The translations under genes were made by a program, and so were the position numbers. The notes under the pieces are model-generated. The model was not told the origin of the DNA. It made no database searches and saw only the letters and a list, made by a program, of their open reading frames with translations. From positions 1-64,000 of the IMG/VR virus record IMGVR_UViG_3300033076_001181: 64,000 bases of DNA; one strand, written 5' to 3'. The first letter of the stretch is position 1. Every line of letters starts with the position of its first letter. Shown in pieces: positions 45,379 to 53,587 of the stretch. Source of the stretch: a virus. Taxonomy: Duplodnaviria; Caudoviricetes.

Positions 45379-45863
45379 ATTTCCTCGTAAATTGAACTGT
45401 TATTATCATTTTCAAAACACTCTACTTTAATACATTTACAACGACCAGCATCAGTTTTAGATAAAACATCATTAAAATGTTCATATACCATTCTAGCAGC
45501 ACTTTCTGCTCCAATTTTATCCATGATAACTAACTTACATAGCCCTTCCATCTGCATTGTTTGGAACAAATCCAAATATGGATCATCTTTTTCAATCAAC
45601 ATTGTATGATCCCATTTATCATCCATCCAAGCTTTCAAACCATTACCTTGAGGTGCAGGTTTAAATCCACCATAGTCAACAATCCAATTCATATCATCCA
45701 ATTGTTTTTCAACATCTGGTTCAACACTTGCAAACCATACTTTAAATTTTAAAGCATAACCATGTAATAATTGACAGTGTGAGTGTTGTGCTTTCCATTG
45801 TCTGATTGCTACTGAATAGTTTTCAAATAATTTAGTTGATATATATCTTGTTTTAGTTTCCAT
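45375..45863 (-). CDS. queD: 6-carboxy-5,6,7,8-tetrahydropterin synthase
   Basis: HCQLLHGY, WIVDYG, WDHTML, GAES.A, VECFEN. Confidence 0.9.
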   Translation of the reverse strand: METKTRYISTKLFENYSVAIRQWKAQHSHCQLLHGYALKFKVWFASVEPDVEKQLDDMNWIVDYGGFKPAPQGNGLKAWMDDKWDHTMLIEKDDPYLDLFQTMQMEGLCKLVIMDKIGAESAARMVYEHFNDVLSKTDAGRCKCIKVECFENDNNSSIYEEI

Positions 45864-46107
45864 AATTTAGCCAGTCTATAATTTGATTAAATGATTTAAG
45901 TCCTGTAAAACGTCTTACTTCTTGTCCATTTTCTACTAATATAACAGTAGGAACACTACGAACATTTGCTGCTGTTAAAATAGCTGGGTCAACATAGTCA
46001 ATGTTTTGTTTACGAACAGGTATTTGTTTGGCAACATCTTCCATAATTGGACCTAATGTTTGACATGGGTTGCACCAATTTGCTGTGTAATAATATAATT
46101 CTTTCAT
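45853..46107 (-). CDS. thioredoxin
   Basis: TANWCNPCQTL, VRSVPT. Confidence 0.88.
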   Translation of the reverse strand: MKELYYYTANWCNPCQTLGPIMEDVAKQIPVRKQNIDYVDPAILTAANVRSVPTVILVENGQEVRRFTGLKSFNQIIDWLNYGN

Positions 46108-46259
46108 ACTAATTCCTCCAATATACCCAAACCTTCACTAGCTACTAACACAGTAGCTGCTGCTGGGATATTAATGAATAATAATAAATAACCTACAATT
46201 CTCAAAGCTGATTTAGCAAAGCTTATCTGTTGGTGTTTTTTAGGATTCGGATGTTCCAT
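46104..46259 (-). CDS. small membrane protein, 51 aa
   Basis: MEHPNPKKHQQISFAKSALRIVGYLLLFINIPAAATVLVASEGLGILEELV; ATGA overlap. Confidence 0.55.
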   Translation of the reverse strand: MEHPNPKKHQQISFAKSALRIVGYLLLFINIPAAATVLVASEGLGILEELV

Positions 46260-46410
46260 TGTTTTCAGTTTGTTGAGTTTCCATTTGTTGTTTTAACATA
46301 GCCATAAACTTACGTTCCATAACTAATTGATTTTTAGCGATAACAGCATTACGCTTAGCCATTCGCTTGTTGTGAGCCTTTTTACCCCCACGTTTTCTTG
46401 ATACTGGCAT
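46240..46410 (-). CDS. small basic protein, 56 aa
   Basis: MPVSRKRGGKKAHNKRMAKR... Confidence 0.5.
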   Translation of the reverse strand: MPVSRKRGGKKAHNKRMAKRNAVIAKNQLVMERKFMAMLKQQMETQQTENNGTSES

Positions 46411-46414
46411 AATT

Positions 46415-47299
46415 TTATTTATTGTGATTATTTAAAATTGTTTCTACATGTTTAACTACTGTCTCCCAACTTACAGGACCACTTTCATCAGCATAACTGC
46501 AAGGGTCTGGTTTTCCAAGTTTCATAAACGCTTCAACTCGTTCTACAGACGATGCTGATTTATAATCTGAGTACCATTTACCTCTTACTCCTGGGAATTC
46601 AGCTGTTTCTGGTTTGTTATTATGTGGCCAAAAGATTGGCTTATAAGATGTATTAGTGCGTGCATATACCTTGTTAAAATCAAGACCTAAGCACTCGCAA
46701 CAACTGTCACCATCTTGTAAGATAGAGTATTTATCTCCATTTAAATACGGTGTATAGTGATATACTTTTTCAGCTCCCCAATTACCTGCTTTGAATGCTT
46801 CAAAATCGATATCTCTAAATTCTTGACGACAATCAGGATAGATAGCATGATCACCAGCATGAATACCCATTGCAATAGCACATTCAGTATTCTTTTGTTC
46901 AGCAATTGATAATGCAACTGCTTGAATAATAGAACTAAATATTTTATTACGATTTGGTACTACTGTTGCTTTCATATTTTCTTCAGCATAGTGTCCTTCA
47001 GGTACTTCATCACCTCCAGTTACTAGAGCTGAGTTTAATAGTTGTTGTAAACCATCTAATTTGATTACTTGATGTTTTACTTTAGGAAATTTTTCATCCC
47101 ATACTGGTTTATCAGTTTTTGTTAAATTATTTTCATTAATATATTTAACTAAATCTTTAGCACGCTCTAATTCTACATTATGTTTTTGTCCATAATCAAA
47201 TGATAATGCTGTAACTTCATAGCCATTGGCAAGTAGATGAAGCAATAGTGTGGAGCTATCCATTCCTCCACTTAGTGATAATACTGCTTGTTTATTCAT
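46415..47299 (-). CDS. queC: 7-cyano-7-deazaguanine synthase
   Basis: SLSGGMDS, SFDYGQKH..E, VPNRN, GIHAGDHAIYPDCR. Confidence 0.93.
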   Translation of the reverse strand: MNKQAVLSLSGGMDSSTLLLHLLANGYEVTALSFDYGQKHNVELERAKDLVKYINENNLTKTDKPVWDEKFPKVKHQVIKLDGLQQLLNSALVTGGDEVPEGHYAEENMKATVVPNRNKIFSSIIQAVALSIAEQKNTECAIAMGIHAGDHAIYPDCRQEFRDIDFEAFKAGNWGAEKVYHYTPYLNGDKYSILQDGDSCCECLGLDFNKVYARTNTSYKPIFWPHNNKPETAEFPGVRGKWYSDYKSASSVERVEAFMKLGKPDPCSYADESGPVSWETVVKHVETILNNHNK

Positions 47300-47549
47300 A
47301 TTTTTTATATAATTTAGTAATCATTTCAACTTCTTCATTACTCATTTGATAAAACTTTGAAGATAAGTTAATCAACATACCATGAAATTCATTTTCTAAT
47401 GATGATGTAGTTGGTGGGATATCATAACCTTCTGGTTTGTCATCTATGTAAGCATCTTCTTTTAACCATTCAACCATTAATTTTTTATCACGATGGCCCA
47501 TTTCATTATAGACCTCCTCTAAATCTAAATCAATTCTAATATAACTCAT
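47292..47549 (-). CDS. hypothetical protein
   Basis: 85-aa ORF between DpdA-like gene and queC. Confidence 0.6.
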   Translation of the reverse strand: MSYIRIDLDLEEVYNEMGHRDKKLMVEWLKEDAYIDDKPEGYDIPPTTSSLENEFHGMLINLSSKFYQMSNEEVEMITKLYKKYE

Positions 47550-47554
47550 AACTC

Positions 47555-48352
47555 TTATTGTTTTATACCGTTAATTTTTTTAAATGTAAATAAATTGTGA
47601 TAAATTAATGGAAAATGAGGAGCCAAATCATCATAAGTCATATTCATTGTTTCATCAATTTTAATTTTAGGTTTAGTTAATAGACCATTTTTAGTGTATT
47701 CTAAACCTTCAATGCCAGCCATTATAGGATTTGATGTATCAATTGTTTCTACAAATGGCATATAGTGATAGAAATTAAATTCTTGTGGTGCGGCGCATCC
47801 TAACAAATGTACTCTGTCATTAGTTTCAATAACTTTATCTTTAAACAACTTACTAATTACAGCTACACGACCCATTGAAGCAGCAATTGCTGTAATTGGA
47901 TGTGGAAAATGTTCTTGATAGTAATTAGCACCATATGAGAATGCAATCTTTTTATATCCTAACATCTTATATTTAGTATAACACTCAGCTGCTTCTTCAA
48001 TACTTTTAGCTTGAACAACTGCTACTTTAGTTGTATAGTAAGGCAATTTAATTCTAGCCCATTCAGCAGCATTTTCTAAAGATGCTTCCATATCCTGCCA
48101 TACATCAGGAACAATAAATTCATTTGGTTCAAAATATTCAACCCAATGTAATAAACGATCTGTATCATAAGCATGTCCTAGTTCATGTAAACTATTATCC
48201 ATGATGATATAACGATCATTTTCTTTAGCCCATTTAAAATAATTTAAATAGTCCTCATTCTGATCTAGCAAATGAGGTAAACAATAATCATAGTGATTAA
48301 ATGTTGGAGAGCTCTTAATTAGAGCAACTGGAACTTCGTGTGATACTTTCAT
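47555..48352 (-). CDS. divergent guanine transglycosylase (TGT/DpdA fold), probable DNA 7-deazaguanine inserter
   Basis: ordered TGT-like motifs IMDNS, PDV, VAVVQ, IAFSYG, VHLLG, IDTSNP; no tRNA-TGT zinc domain; beside queC. Confidence 0.72.
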   Translation of the reverse strand: MKVSHEVPVALIKSSPTFNHYDYCLPHLLDQNEDYLNYFKWAKENDRYIIMDNSLHELGHAYDTDRLLHWVEYFEPNEFIVPDVWQDMEASLENAAEWARIKLPYYTTKVAVVQAKSIEEAAECYTKYKMLGYKKIAFSYGANYYQEHFPHPITAIAASMGRVAVISKLFKDKVIETNDRVHLLGCAAPQEFNFYHYMPFVETIDTSNPIMAGIEGLEYTKNGLLTKPKIKIDETMNMTYDDLAPHFPLIYHNLFTFKKINGIKQ

Positions 48353-48398
48353 AACTGATTTAATATAAATATGCTTTTACTTATTGCAAAACTAATTC

Positions 48399-48923
48399 TT
48401 AGAATGGTTCTTTTAAAGTATTTTGTCGTTCAATCCATTTAGGATATTGTTTGATAATTTCTTCAACAGTACCTTCAGCTACTTCATAAACAAATTGCTT
48501 GACCTGTTCTTTACGCCCACTGAAATGATATTGGAGACTATATAATAAACTATCCATTCTATCTTTTTCATCACGTTCAAAATCTTTTCTTAGATTATCA
48601 AATCGTCTTTTATAGTCTCTATAAATTTCCATTTCAGCATCTTTTTTGAACTCATGTGATTTATCACTATTGCGGACTTCAACAATTTCTTCAGCCATCC
48701 ACCAATATTCATAATTTAGATATTGGGCGTACGGTGAATAATCAAAGTCACCATTTTTTAGTTTCTCATCAATACGAGCTCTATCCTTTAATGATTTATG
48801 AGTTGGATATCGTCTATGCCAATAATAAACATTAAACTTAGCCATTTTAGGTGGTTTAGGAGGAGCTGGATCACATGTACTTAGTGGGTGATACTCTCTT
48901 AAAACTTCTTCAATTGTAACCAT
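48399..48923 (-). CDS. hypothetical protein
   Basis: 174 aa; KLKNGDFDYSPY motif. Confidence 0.6.
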   Translation of the reverse strand: MVTIEEVLREYHPLSTCDPAPPKPPKMAKFNVYYWHRRYPTHKSLKDRARIDEKLKNGDFDYSPYAQYLNYEYWWMAEEIVEVRNSDKSHEFKKDAEMEIYRDYKRRFDNLRKDFERDEKDRMDSLLYSLQYHFSGRKEQVKQFVYEVAEGTVEEIIKQYPKWIERQNTLKEPF

Positions 48924-49213
48924 TATGCTTCTACTGTTTGTAATACTTCTTCTACTAATTCTAAAACCAAATCATCTATTTCAGTCATTTCTCTGAAACG
49001 CTCTATATTAAATGATGGTTCAGCTATCATCCCACTTGGGAATACAATGTCTGGGTTGTGAATTTCTTCTAGATGCAAACCAACACCATGTTTATACTCT
49101 TCAATTCCTCTAATAACATATGCGTTACCTTTTAGAGGTCGATTGGGAACAGATTCTAATGTGCGTGGCTCCCAAATATCATTTATACATTCTACTATTG
49201 CGCCTACTTTCAT
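48923..49213 (-). CDS. hypothetical protein
   Basis: MKVGAIVECIND...YVIR...LEEI.NP...SFNIERF; start moved downstream of promoter. Confidence 0.6.
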   Translation of the reverse strand: MKVGAIVECINDIWEPRTLESVPNRPLKGNAYVIRGIEEYKHGVGLHLEEIHNPDIVFPSGMIAEPSFNIERFREMTEIDDLVLELVEEVLQTVEA

Positions 49214-49218
49214 ATGGT

Positions 49219-49250
49219 TAAATATAACAAAGAATGGCCCGAAGGCCAAA
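49219..49250 (-). promoter_or_regulatory. early promoter fused with GGCC hairpin
   Basis: TTTG-N20-TATATTTA; TGGCC-TTCG-GGCCA at 49235-49248; heads the deazaguanine operon. Confidence 0.8.
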
Positions 49251-49276
49251 CTTTAAGTACAATATGTTATGATATT

Positions 49277-49489
49277 TTATTTATCTTCATGGATTGGATT
49301 ATCAGGAAATAGAATATCCATGACTGCGTGAACATCAAATTTAACTCCTAATTGTTGAAGTGCCTTTAATGTATCCATGATACCGTTTTGATATTGTGAG
49401 GGAGTATTTGTATCTTTACCTGGGTAATCAAATCCCAATTCTTTTAGTACTTCTTCTTTGATGATCTGTTTTAGTTCTGAGCGTTTCAT
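49277..49489 (-). CDS. hypothetical late protein with MKRSELKQIIKE leader
   Basis: leader shared with 13567-13830; ATATTTAT at 49508-49515. Confidence 0.6.
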   Translation of the reverse strand: MKRSELKQIIKEEVLKELGFDYPGKDTNTPSQYQNGIMDTLKALQQLGVKFDVHAVMDILFPDNPIHEDK

Positions 49490-49516
49490 TTTTAGCAATA
49501 ATTTATTATAAATATA

Positions 49517-51238
49517 TTATCCCTCACAACTCACACAATCAGATAGTCGTTGTAAATTATCTCCTCTTAATACTGATTCAGTACGTAGGTAGTATAATGT
49601 TTTAACTCCTGTCTTATGAGCTTCCTTATGTACTTGACTAATCCACTTTGGTGTGTCATTTGGATCAAAACATAAGTTTAATGAAATTGCTTGATCAACA
49701 TATTCTTGTCTAATAGCATTTTGTCTTACAATTTCTAACTGGTTGATTTCTTTAAATGTTAAGAACACTTCTTTTTCTTCATCAGTTAAAATATAAGACG
49801 GAACATTGATTACTGATCCTTGATCTTTAAGTATTTGATCCCAAACACTATCAATGTTGTATCCTTTTGACTCAAGTAATTGTTCTAATACTTTATTACG
49901 TTTAATGAATACACCTTTTGCTGTTTTCAAATTATAAACGTTAGCAGGTATAGGTTCAATTGATGGGGACACACCTCCTGAGATATGAGCGTTTGATACT
50001 GTAGGTGCGATTGCTAAGTGATGAGTATGTCTCATACCTGTACCTTTACACCATTCTGGTTCACCATATAATTCTGCTTGATCACGAGATGCTTTTAGAG
50101 CGCCTTTTTCAATAAAGTCAAACATCATTCTAGTGTAAGCACTCGCTTGAATACCTACAAACGGTAAATTCTTTTGTTGTAAGAATGTATGCCAACCTAA
50201 AACACCAATTCCAATTGCTCTACCTTTAGTAGCTGAACGAACTGTGTTTTCCATGAATTTGATGTTTTTAGCTCTATCAATAAATTCTTGTAATACACCT
50301 TCTAGGAACCAACAAGTTATTTCAGGTAATGTCATTCCATTTTCAAATGTATAATCTTTCCATTCATCCCAACGAGCTAAATTTAAAGACGACAAACAAC
50401 AAATAAATGAGTGTAATTCGTCTGTATATAAGGCAATCTCAGAACAGATGTTAGTCATTGATACATGTAAGTTATTTTTCTTATATGCTTCAGGATTAGC
50501 ATTGTTAATGTTATCTTCAAACATTAAATAGGGTTCACCTGTTTCTAAACGTGTCTTAAGAATTTCACCCCACAATTTTAATGACTTAGGATCTTTATTA
50601 TCCAAATCATTCATAAACTTATCATCAATAACAATACATTGATGTAAATTCAAACATTGACGATTAACATCACCTTTTGGTCTACGAATTTGTAAAAACT
50701 CTTCAATATCTGGGTGATGGATACTTAAGTTAACTGATGCTGCTCCTCTACGAACACTACCTTGGTTAGTAGCTAAAATAGTAGAATCATAAATTTTACA
50801 CCATGGAACTACACCTTCTGATACTCCATTGTCTTTAATTGCTTTACCTCGGCCTCTAATGCGAGATACACCAATACCTACTCCACCACCTTGAGATGAT
50901 AGTCTCATTAATTCAGAGTTAGCATCCGCAATACCTTCAATACTATCACCAACATCAATACCAAAACATGAAATAGGCATTCCACGTTCTGTACCTAGGT
51001 TTGATAATACAGGTGATGCTAAGCATAACCAGTTTTTAACTATTGCTTCATAAAAGAATGGTTGTAAATCTTTTCGTCTTAAACGACGTGCTGCTGATTT
51101 ACTTACTCTCTTATAAGCATCAAATACATCTTCATCAGGTAGTAAATATCCCTTAGATATCATACTAACTGCTATTTCATCCATCCATTCAGGATAGTGT
51201 TTTCCTTTAATCCAATTTGTTGTGTCTACTGCGCTCAT
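49517..51238 (-). CDS. nrdA: ribonucleotide reductase class I alpha subunit (no ATP cone)
   Basis: ASPVLSN, ISCF, GGGVG, RRGAAS, TNICSEI, CCLSSLN, IAPTVS, KTLYY, C-terminal CVSCEG. Confidence 0.95.
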   Translation of the reverse strand: MSAVDTTNWIKGKHYPEWMDEIAVSMISKGYLLPDEDVFDAYKRVSKSAARRLRRKDLQPFFYEAIVKNWLCLASPVLSNLGTERGMPISCFGIDVGDSIEGIADANSELMRLSSQGGGVGIGVSRIRGRGKAIKDNGVSEGVVPWCKIYDSTILATNQGSVRRGAASVNLSIHHPDIEEFLQIRRPKGDVNRQCLNLHQCIVIDDKFMNDLDNKDPKSLKLWGEILKTRLETGEPYLMFEDNINNANPEAYKKNNLHVSMTNICSEIALYTDELHSFICCLSSLNLARWDEWKDYTFENGMTLPEITCWFLEGVLQEFIDRAKNIKFMENTVRSATKGRAIGIGVLGWHTFLQQKNLPFVGIQASAYTRMMFDFIEKGALKASRDQAELYGEPEWCKGTGMRHTHHLAIAPTVSNAHISGGVSPSIEPIPANVYNLKTAKGVFIKRNKVLEQLLESKGYNIDSVWDQILKDQGSVINVPSYILTDEEKEVFLTFKEINQLEIVRQNAIRQEYVDQAISLNLCFDPNDTPKWISQVHKEAHKTGVKTLYYLRTESVLRGDNLQRLSDCVSCEG

Positions 51239-51247
51239 TTTTATTTT

Positions 51248-52198
51248 TTATAAATCATCCCAATCTGCTGTTGATTTTGAATAACTTGTTACTCGTCCAG
51301 CAAAGAAATCTTGATGTGTTTTACCTGATGTTAAATGACCAAACCACTCAATTTGTTTTAACAAACCTGGGTCAATATCATTATATATTGCATTATAACC
51401 TAATTCTGCCATTTTCTCGTTAGCACGTGCTTTAATGAAATTCTTTAATTGACTAGTATTCAACCCATCAATATCTCCCATTTCAAATGCTTTATCAATA
51501 AAATCAAATTCTAATTGTACTGATAATTGACATGCTTCAGCTACTTTATTTCTTAATTCAGCTGTATTTAGTTCAGGTTGTTCTTCAAGTAGTGTTTTGA
51601 ATAACCAACATCCTGCTTTAGAATGTAATGATTCATCTCTAACACTCCATTCAACAATTTGACCTGTTCCTTTCATTAAGTTTCTCAATTGGAAACTCAT
51701 TAATATAGCAAACGAACTAAACAAATTTACACCCTCAGTGAATGCTGAGAATATAGCTAATGATAATGCTCTTTCCTCTATTGTTTCGCCTGGTGTTTCA
51801 ACTAAGCGATCAATTTTAGCTTTTGATACTTCGTCCTCTAAGAATGCTTTAAAATTATCTAAACCTAATTCTTCATTTAAACGAGCATATGCCTCAGCAT
51901 GTATTGATTCAAAATCAGCAAATACACGAGCCATTGCTTGTATTTCAGGCTTTGGAAACCATACTGATACTTTAGTTGACCAATAATCGTTTACATGTAC
52001 TTCTGTTTGAGCAAATGACTTTAATATGTTTCCAATTAAATTCTTTTCTGGCTCTGTTAATTTTAATTTCCAATCGTTCAAATCTGAAGCGAGTGGAACT
52101 TCGTCTGCTAGCCAATGTGCTCTATGTTGATCTTTGTAAAAATCAAAAGCTGTTTGGTACTCAAACGGTTTATAGTAATTTCTAACGTCTGTAATCAT
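51248..52198 (-). CDS. nrdB: ribonucleotide reductase class I beta subunit
   Basis: HW...EV, FAQTE, ESIHAEAY, FTEGV, RDESLH, DFF. Confidence 0.95.
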   Translation of the reverse strand: MITDVRNYYKPFEYQTAFDFYKDQHRAHWLADEVPLASDLNDWKLKLTEPEKNLIGNILKSFAQTEVHVNDYWSTKVSVWFPKPEIQAMARVFADFESIHAEAYARLNEELGLDNFKAFLEDEVSKAKIDRLVETPGETIEERALSLAIFSAFTEGVNLFSSFAILMSFQLRNLMKGTGQIVEWSVRDESLHSKAGCWLFKTLLEEQPELNTAELRNKVAEACQLSVQLEFDFIDKAFEMGDIDGLNTSQLKNFIKARANEKMAELGYNAIYNDIDPGLLKQIEWFGHLTSGKTHQDFFAGRVTSYSKSTADWDDL

Positions 52199-52213
52199 AA
52201 TTGTAATATAATG

Positions 52214-53578
52214 TTAAGATTGTAATTCGAAGAACGCTTTTTGAAGAGTCTTTCGTTCTTGGACGTTTACGTCACTAAAGTCATTAACTGGTTTGGATGG
52301 GTTTTGTAATTCGTCATTTTCATCATAATCATCAAAGATTTCGAAATGACCTGTTGATGTATCGACTTTGGCTCCAAATGTCATTCCATCACCACCATAT
52401 CTGTTTTTCATGATGTGGAATCGGCCTGTACCAGCTACTTTGTCTTCTTTCTTACGAGATAATGATATAGATATGTCTGTAATCATAATTTTGTCATAGC
52501 TGCCTGCGGCTTTGTCACCTTCAATAATATCGTCTTTAGCACCTGACCTATTAACTTGAGACACACTCCAAATTGGAATTTTCATCTCACGAGCTAAGCC
52601 TTTTGTGCTCAAATAAATATCATCAATTTCTTCTTTCCTCTCAGAATTTGTTCTTTTAGAGCGAAGTAAGTCTACATAATCTATAATAATAAGATCTGGT
52701 TTGAAGTCTTGTTCAATACACTTTTTAATATGTGCCTCTAATGTAGACATTGATGCTTTACCTGGTGAGTATTCCTTAATAATCAAATTGCCTGGTAAAT
52801 CAACAATAGTGTCTTGTACTCTGTCTTTAAAATCTCGAATTGTATTTACAGGCACTCCTGTAAAACAAGCATCATATCTTAAACCAACATAATCTTCACC
52901 TAACTCTAATGTATAGTGAATAACATTAAAACCTAATTTAACAGCGTGTGCTCCTAAGGCAATTAATGTCCATGATTTACCACCTCCAGGATTACCAAAT
53001 ATTAAACCAAAATCACCTGGTCCAATACCACCTTGAAATAGGTTATTAAATAGATCCCAAGGTGTAGGAATTGCTACACGATGTTCTTCTCTATATCGAG
53101 TTTCAATATCTTTAGTATATTCTAGACCAACATTTTTATCTTGACCTGCTTTTAGAGCGTTATCAACTAAATGTCTAATAGAATCATAGTCACCTGCTTT
53201 TAACAGATCAACTGATGTTAATAATGCTTTCTTTAATTGTTGATTCTTACAGAAATTAGAAAATTCTTGTTCTACATAAGCCAAATCATCCTCTGATGCT
53301 GTATAAGCGTCTCGTAGTTGTTCCTTGATGGCAAGTTGTAAAACTTCATTTTCAATTTTTTTTACCTCAACTTTAAGAATATCCATACTAGGAACAGTAT
53401 GATATTTCTCATAGTATTTAAGGATCTCATTTATAATCCATTTATGGGCTGAGTTATCAAAGTATTCATCACTTAAAACATCATGGATGTTGATTAAGAA
53501 TTCTTTACGAGTAAGTAAAGAGGACAAAACTTTGATCTGGAAGTGTGTTCCATATTGAGCTAGTGTGCTTAATGTCAT
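52214..53578 (-). CDS. replicative DNA helicase (DnaB/T4 gp41-like)
   Basis: GNPGGGKS, YTLEL, IIIDYVDL, WSVSQVNR, KNRYG. Confidence 0.93.
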   Translation of the reverse strand: MTLSTLAQYGTHFQIKVLSSLLTRKEFLINIHDVLSDEYFDNSAHKWIINEILKYYEKYHTVPSMDILKVEVKKIENEVLQLAIKEQLRDAYTASEDDLAYVEQEFSNFCKNQQLKKALLTSVDLLKAGDYDSIRHLVDNALKAGQDKNVGLEYTKDIETRYREEHRVAIPTPWDLFNNLFQGGIGPGDFGLIFGNPGGGKSWTLIALGAHAVKLGFNVIHYTLELGEDYVGLRYDACFTGVPVNTIRDFKDRVQDTIVDLPGNLIIKEYSPGKASMSTLEAHIKKCIEQDFKPDLIIIDYVDLLRSKRTNSERKEEIDDIYLSTKGLAREMKIPIWSVSQVNRSGAKDDIIEGDKAAGSYDKIMITDISISLSRKKEDKVAGTGRFHIMKNRYGGDGMTFGAKVDTSTGHFEIFDDYDENDELQNPSKPVNDFSDVNVQERKTLQKAFFELQS

Positions 53579-53587
53579 AACTTTTAT

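Noticed and set aside
47555-48352. Reading this ORF as an ordinary tRNA-guanine transglycosylase
   Set aside because: Too short and lacks the CxCxxC...H zinc site of bacterial tRNA TGT; a DNA-acting DpdA-type role fits better, though tRNA activity is not formally excluded
3917-49250. Dispersed GGCC repeats as a CRISPR array, MITE or att site
   Set aside because: Copies are kilobases apart, always at the same position in promoters, with no spacers, target-site duplications, integrase or cas genes
51248-52198. Class Ic (Mn/Fe, radical-free) assignment for NrdB based on the Glu ligand
   Set aside because: The radical-site Tyr is present (HAEAY), unlike class Ic
39529-53578. Introns or inteins in PolB, NrdA/B and helicase
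   Set aside because: Reading frames are uninterrupted, sizes are normal or short, and no intein C/S...HN motifs were seen
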